64,000 bases of DNA, taken from positions 2,400,001 through 2,464,000 of the forward strand of contig OZ243974.1 in assembly GCA_965214775.1 (NCBI GenBank), written 5' to 3'. This document shows positions 59,990 to 64,000 of the stretch, piece after piece. This DNA is from Nitrosopumilus sp. (GTDB lineage: Archaea > Thermoproteota > Nitrososphaeria > Nitrososphaerales > Nitrosopumilaceae). Within the stretch, counting starts at the first letter, position 1; each line of letters begins with the position of its first letter. A model generated the notes under the pieces. That model saw nothing but the letters and a program-made list of their open reading frames with translations. It searched no databases and was not told the DNA's origin. Both the position numbers and the translations under genes were made by a program.

Positions 59990-60720
59990 CCTAATAGCAG
60001 TAATTCGTTGAGAAGAGGAAAGTTTGCAATGTATGCCAGCTGGTTTGTAAATACCAGGACTCCCAAGACCACGATGAATCCTCCCAGAATCACGTTATAG
60101 TATTTCAGATGCCTGCTCATTGAGCGAATAAGCCTGTTTGCCCTTGAATAAAATATCCCCATGACAATGAATGGAATCCCAAGCCCCAACGAATAAACCA
60201 GCAGCAGGTTGAATGCGACTGACGGCGTGGTCGCAGCCAAAGTCAGAATGGTTCCAAGTATGGGCCCCACACACGGGGTCCATCCTGCAGCAAATGCCAA
60301 TCCGAAGACAAACGACATCGGATAGCTGGCCTTTGATCTCCTTGGGGAGAATTTTTTCTCAATGTTCAGCCTGCCAATCCTTGTTGACAGGAGCAGGAAT
60401 GCCCCAAACCCGACAATGATGACTCCCCCTACCTGGTTGAATCCCTCGATGAACTCTCCTGATGATGTCGATAAAACGCTGTTAATGATAACGCCAAAAG
60501 TGGAAAACACCACGGAAAACCCCAGAACAAAAAATACCGAGTTTAAGATTATGCTAGAACGGTTGATTGAAACTGTTTTTGAGCCGTCCCGCTGGTTTAG
60601 TTCTGACAGGGTAGTCCCTGAAATGTATGCCAGAAATGCCGGGATCATGGGAAGTATGCACGGAGCTGCAAATGATCCAAGTCCTGCAAGCGCCGCTATG
60701 CCCAGTGTTATTTCTGACAC
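59986..60720 (-). CDS. ccdA: CcdA/DsbD-family disulfide transporter
   Basis: 'PCILP', 'GWTPCVGPILG', 'YSLGLGIPF'. Confidence 0.92.
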   Translation of the reverse strand: MSEITLGIAALAGLGSFAAPCILPMIPAFLAYISGTTLSELNQRDGSKTVSINRSSIILNSVFFVLGFSVVFSTFGVIINSVLSTSSGEFIEGFNQVGGVIIVGFGAFLLLSTRIGRLNIEKKFSPRRSKASYPMSFVFGLAFAAGWTPCVGPILGTILTLAATTPSVAFNLLLVYSLGLGIPFIVMGIFYSRANRLIRSMSRHLKYYNVILGGFIVVLGVLVFTNQLAYIANFPLLNELLLLG

Positions 60721-61100
60721 ACATTAAAACCGTGTTTTTTGCTTTAAAGCATTATTCCATATCTTTCCCCAATCACAGCAGCCAAGTAAAGTACCACAGA
60801 TCTGACATTATGGTGAGGGTTTGGGCTCCCCAGAGAGATGATCCGAAATTAGAAACCATGTAACTTTTTCAAATAATTTCACAAATGATCTGTATTTTGT
60901 TGATGTTTTGAGCCGTTCTATGCAGATTCATTCACAAATAATCAGAGTTTGCCAATTTCAAATCAACTCTGCAGACAGATCAAGGGTACGGCAGGATCCT
61001 CACACGTGTGCCGGCTCCGTGCAGCGTCTAACATAATTGATCAAGGCCGCAGTTATTTTCAGGCGATTAACTTACATTTGGGATCTGTCCTAGTAGCGAT

Positions 61101-61448
61101 ATGGCAGAGTCCAATGTCGCGCTGATACTACAGGTGAGAAGAATGAACGAACAGCCCAAGAGGGAGACGAGGAAGCGCAGGATGGAGATCAAGCAGGGCA
61201 AGAAAAGGCTCAAAGAGGATCAAGGCGTGATGAAGCAGATTAGACGGCAGTCAGGGCCCGATCTCCAAGTGCTACTCGCACCAGTGGACGACGACGGGGC
61301 CGCGGCCAGGCGCACGATAAACATGATAAAGGAGTACAAGGTGATAACTGACCCGTACGACGGGACGGCCGAGGAATTTGACCGGGAGCTTGAGGTGATG
61401 TGCGGACTTGTCAACTTTAGACTGCTATCGGATGAGGGACAGCAATAG
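61101..61448 (+). CDS. Hypothetical protein
   Basis: 115-aa charged ORF with ATG start. Confidence 0.5.
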   Translation: MAESNVALILQVRRMNEQPKRETRKRRMEIKQGKKRLKEDQGVMKQIRRQSGPDLQVLLAPVDDDGAAARRTINMIKEYKVITDPYDGTAEEFDRELEVMCGLVNFRLLSDEGQQ

Positions 61449-61742
61449 CCCAAGCACGGGTTCTGATACCGCGGTACGGAGCGCATTGCAGCGCTACACG
61501 GTGCCGCACGACATTGTAGTTTTTGCCAGATGGATTGATCCGTATCTGCACTGTACGCAGATTCTGCTGCCTTTGTGCACGTCATATGATGCCGTCAGCC
61601 TTGCACGCATGGCATGCCCGCCGTCGGAATGTTTTGATCCGGCCGATTACGCATAAGGTCTACTGCTGCCTAGCATCCGTTTTACAGATTCACTGGTTTG
61701 CACTTGGCAGTGCCAACGTCAAAAAATGGAATATGATTTTGA

Positions 61743-61835
61743 GTATGTGGTCACGTCCCCCTACCATCTAGGCACGAAAATTACAATCATGCACGCTAAT
61801 CCGTGCCTAGCTGATGGGGGTAGGTGACCTCGTAC
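61743..61835. mobile_element. IS66-type MITE with 8-bp TSD
   Basis: GTATGTGGTCAC...GTGACCTCGTAC flanked by GATTTTGA twice. Confidence 0.85.
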
Positions 61836-62110
61836 GATTTTGACACGTCGTGCCTGTTTTGACAAAAGACATTTGATTTTCAACTGCAGCACGCACTACG
61901 ACACGCCTGTGGCATGCTGCCGGCTACAAGTTCGTAAATGCCCAAATCCATCAGCATCTAGGTGAAACGTGCCAAAAAATCGGGTAAAAACAGACTGGAC
62001 AGGAGGGACAACGTCTCAATAACAACAACAATGTAAAACAGCAGCCGGTTTACATTTCACTTGTCTGCCCAAGGCAATCAATTTTTAATGGGGTTCTGCG
62101 TGTTCTGTTT

Positions 62111-62215
62111 GTGAACAAGCGCTTTCTAATCGTAGGCATAGTCTTGGGAATCATTGTGTCAATTGCCGTAATCATAGGCTCCCCTGCCCTGGGCGGCTTT
62201 GACGCTATGCGATAA
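62111..62215 (+). CDS. 34-aa single-TM small protein
   Basis: MNKRFLIVGIVLGIIVSIAVIIGSPALGGFDAMR; TTTTAA box ~25 nt upstream. Confidence 0.55.
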   Translation: MNKRFLIVGIVLGIIVSIAVIIGSPALGGFDAMR

Positions 62216-62245
62216 TGGCAGCAACAGCCCTTGGCATCATCATCA

Positions 62246-63409
62246 TCATCGCATGAATTTTCTGTAAGCCCCGTCAAAAATACCTAGCGCGTCATCGATG
62301 TGCCTGTCGGCAAGCCACGAAGTAACCGATATTCTCAGCCTTGCCTGGTTTTTTGCGACAGTGGGATATCTGATCGGCTGGACAAACAGGCCTTTGTCAA
62401 ACAGGTACCTTCCAAAATTTACGGCAGTTTTTTCATCTCCTACAATTATCGGAATGATGTGTGATTGAGATCCGGTTTCAAACCCCATCTCTGCCAGCCC
62501 TTTTGAGAGCCGGCTTGTGTTTTTTTCCAGTTTCTTTCTTTGCTTTTCAGTGTTCTGCGTGACGCGCCTTAGGGCATGCTCTACGAGAAACGATGGCAGT
62601 GCCGACGTATAGATAAACGACTTTGATTTGTTGATGCATAAATCAATGATGTTGTTTCTGGCAGCGATATACCCTCCAAAAGATCCCAGTCCTTTGCTCA
62701 GGCTGCTCACATACAGATCAATCTTCCCTGAAACCTCAAAGCGGCTGGGAGTCCCTTTTCCGTCCTTTCCCACGACAAAGTCCCCGTGAGCATCGTCTAC
62801 TATTGTAACTGCACCGTGTTTTTCTGAAATGTTTGCAATATGTTTTAGTGGTGAAAAGTCCCCGTCCATGCTAAAAATCCCCTCAGTCACGACAAACCTG
62901 TTTTTTCTGGTTCCCTCTTTTTTTAGCTTCTCCTCCAAATCCGAAACATCGTTGTGCCTGTATACGGTAATTTTTGCACCAGACAGCCTGCATGCCTCAA
63001 TTATGCTTGCATGGTTTAGCTCGTCACTGAAGATGGCATCCCCCTTTTTTGCCACAGTCGAAATGGCGCCAAGGTTTGCCATGTATCCTGTCGGATAAAC
63101 CAGGCTGTTTTGCAGGGATTTGTGTTTGGCAAGGATTTCTTCGAGTTTTTTGTATGACTCGTCGTTTCCCGACACCAGTCTGGAACTTGATTGGAGCTGC
63201 CTGTCTGAAACCATCCTTGTGGGCCGAATTCCCAGGTAGTCATTTGAGCATAAATTCAGTAGTTTTTTGCCATCATCAAATGTAATGAATGCGCCCTGGA
63301 CATCCCCGTATCTTAGATTTCGATGCAGGCTGTCTCTTTTGATCTCTTTTAACTCTGAATCAATAAAATCCAGTTTGTTGTTGTTATGCTTTGAGGCCAA
63401 TCCTCTCAA
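62246..63409 (-). CDS. bioF: 8-amino-7-oxononanoate synthase
   Basis: 'SNDYLG', 'DELNHASI', 'DDAH', 'SLSKG', 'IRYPTV'. Confidence 0.92.
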   Translation of the reverse strand: MRGLASKHNNNKLDFIDSELKEIKRDSLHRNLRYGDVQGAFITFDDGKKLLNLCSNDYLGIRPTRMVSDRQLQSSSRLVSGNDESYKKLEEILAKHKSLQNSLVYPTGYMANLGAISTVAKKGDAIFSDELNHASIIEACRLSGAKITVYRHNDVSDLEEKLKKEGTRKNRFVVTEGIFSMDGDFSPLKHIANISEKHGAVTIVDDAHGDFVVGKDGKGTPSRFEVSGKIDLYVSSLSKGLGSFGGYIAARNNIIDLCINKSKSFIYTSALPSFLVEHALRRVTQNTEKQRKKLEKNTSRLSKGLAEMGFETGSQSHIIPIIVGDEKTAVNFGRYLFDKGLFVQPIRYPTVAKNQARLRISVTSWLADRHIDDALGIFDGAYRKFMR

Positions 63410-64000
63410 TCATCTGGCGGTCTTTTCTTGCCCCGTTTCCGCCCATTGTCAGGTACCCTTCAGTAATGATTCCGTTTGCCCCGCTTTGCAGCAGTTCCTC
63501 TCCTGCATCGTCCAGTCTTGCCTCCCTTCCCCCTGAAATCTTGATTACCGATTCAGGAAGCAGGAATCGAACCACGCAAAACATCCTGAGAATCTCGGAG
63601 TTTGGCAGCTCTGCCTGAAGCTCCAGCGGGGTTCCAGGCATCGGCACCAATATGTTGATCGTCACCTCTTCGGGATGCAGCCTTCCAAGTTCTAATGCTA
63701 ATTCTAATCGCTGTTCTCTTGTCTCGCCCAGTCCGAGAATTCCGCCGGTGCACAGCTCCAGTCCCGCGTCCCTTGCCGTTGCCAGGGTCTCCAGCCTGTC
63801 CTTGTATGTGTGAGTCGTGCAGATTTCGGGAAACTTTGATTCTGCGGTTTCCAAGTTGTGGTTGTACCTTTTAACCTTGAGCTCTTTGAGTTTTTTTGCC
63901 TGATCTGGCGTCAGAAAGCCCAAGCTGCACTCGACACTGATTCCCACCTTGCCGTTGATCTCCGAGATGATCCTGCAGACCATTTCAAAGTCTTTTGGTG
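63384..64000 (-). CDS. bioB: Biotin synthase (5' part outside window)
   Basis: 'YNHNLET', 'CTGGILGLGE', 'GYLT'. Confidence 0.93.
   Translation of the reverse strand, partial: PKDFEMVCRIISEINGKVGISVECSLGFLTPDQAKKLKELKVKRYNHNLETAESKFPEICTTHTYKDRLETLATARDAGLELCTGGILGLGETREQRLELALELGRLHPEEVTINILVPMPGTPLELQAELPNSEILRMFCVVRFLLPESVIKISGGREARLDDAGEELLQSGANGIITEGYLTMGGNGARKDRQMIERIGLKA

Overview
Archaeal window, most consistent with a Nitrosopumilaceae (Thaumarchaeota) genome: archaeal ribosomal operon, proteasome alpha, ESCRT-III/Snf7, DUF6659-like and DUF371 proteins, bioB/bioF. The dense IS/MITE load suggests, but does not prove, a host-associated lineage. Bases 1-33.5 kb form a hypervariable region downstream of tRNA-Asn. 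It holds three IS110 (IS1111-like) copies, IS5 and IS66 elements, several MITE families, toxin-antitoxin/TIR/AAA genes, and a type I-B-like CRISPR-Cas locus with 68 repeats. Bases 33.7-47.5 kb are core genes, including a uL24 with a ~300-aa acidic tail and an rps19 apparently starting at ACG. Bases 47.8-58.8 kb are again accessory (IS481, IS6, IS5, two DNA methylases, a dead Eco29kI-like nuclease inside IS66 ends). The most notable signal is a bridge/seek-RNA-like non-coding region at the 3' end of the IS110 elements. It has twin hairpin loops; one matches the element's own ends, and the other carries a 5-nt guide that covaries with the insertion flank between copies. All three insertions sit at the terminal G|TA of small palindromic elements with IS66-like ends. 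All calls are from manual reading; no database searches were run.
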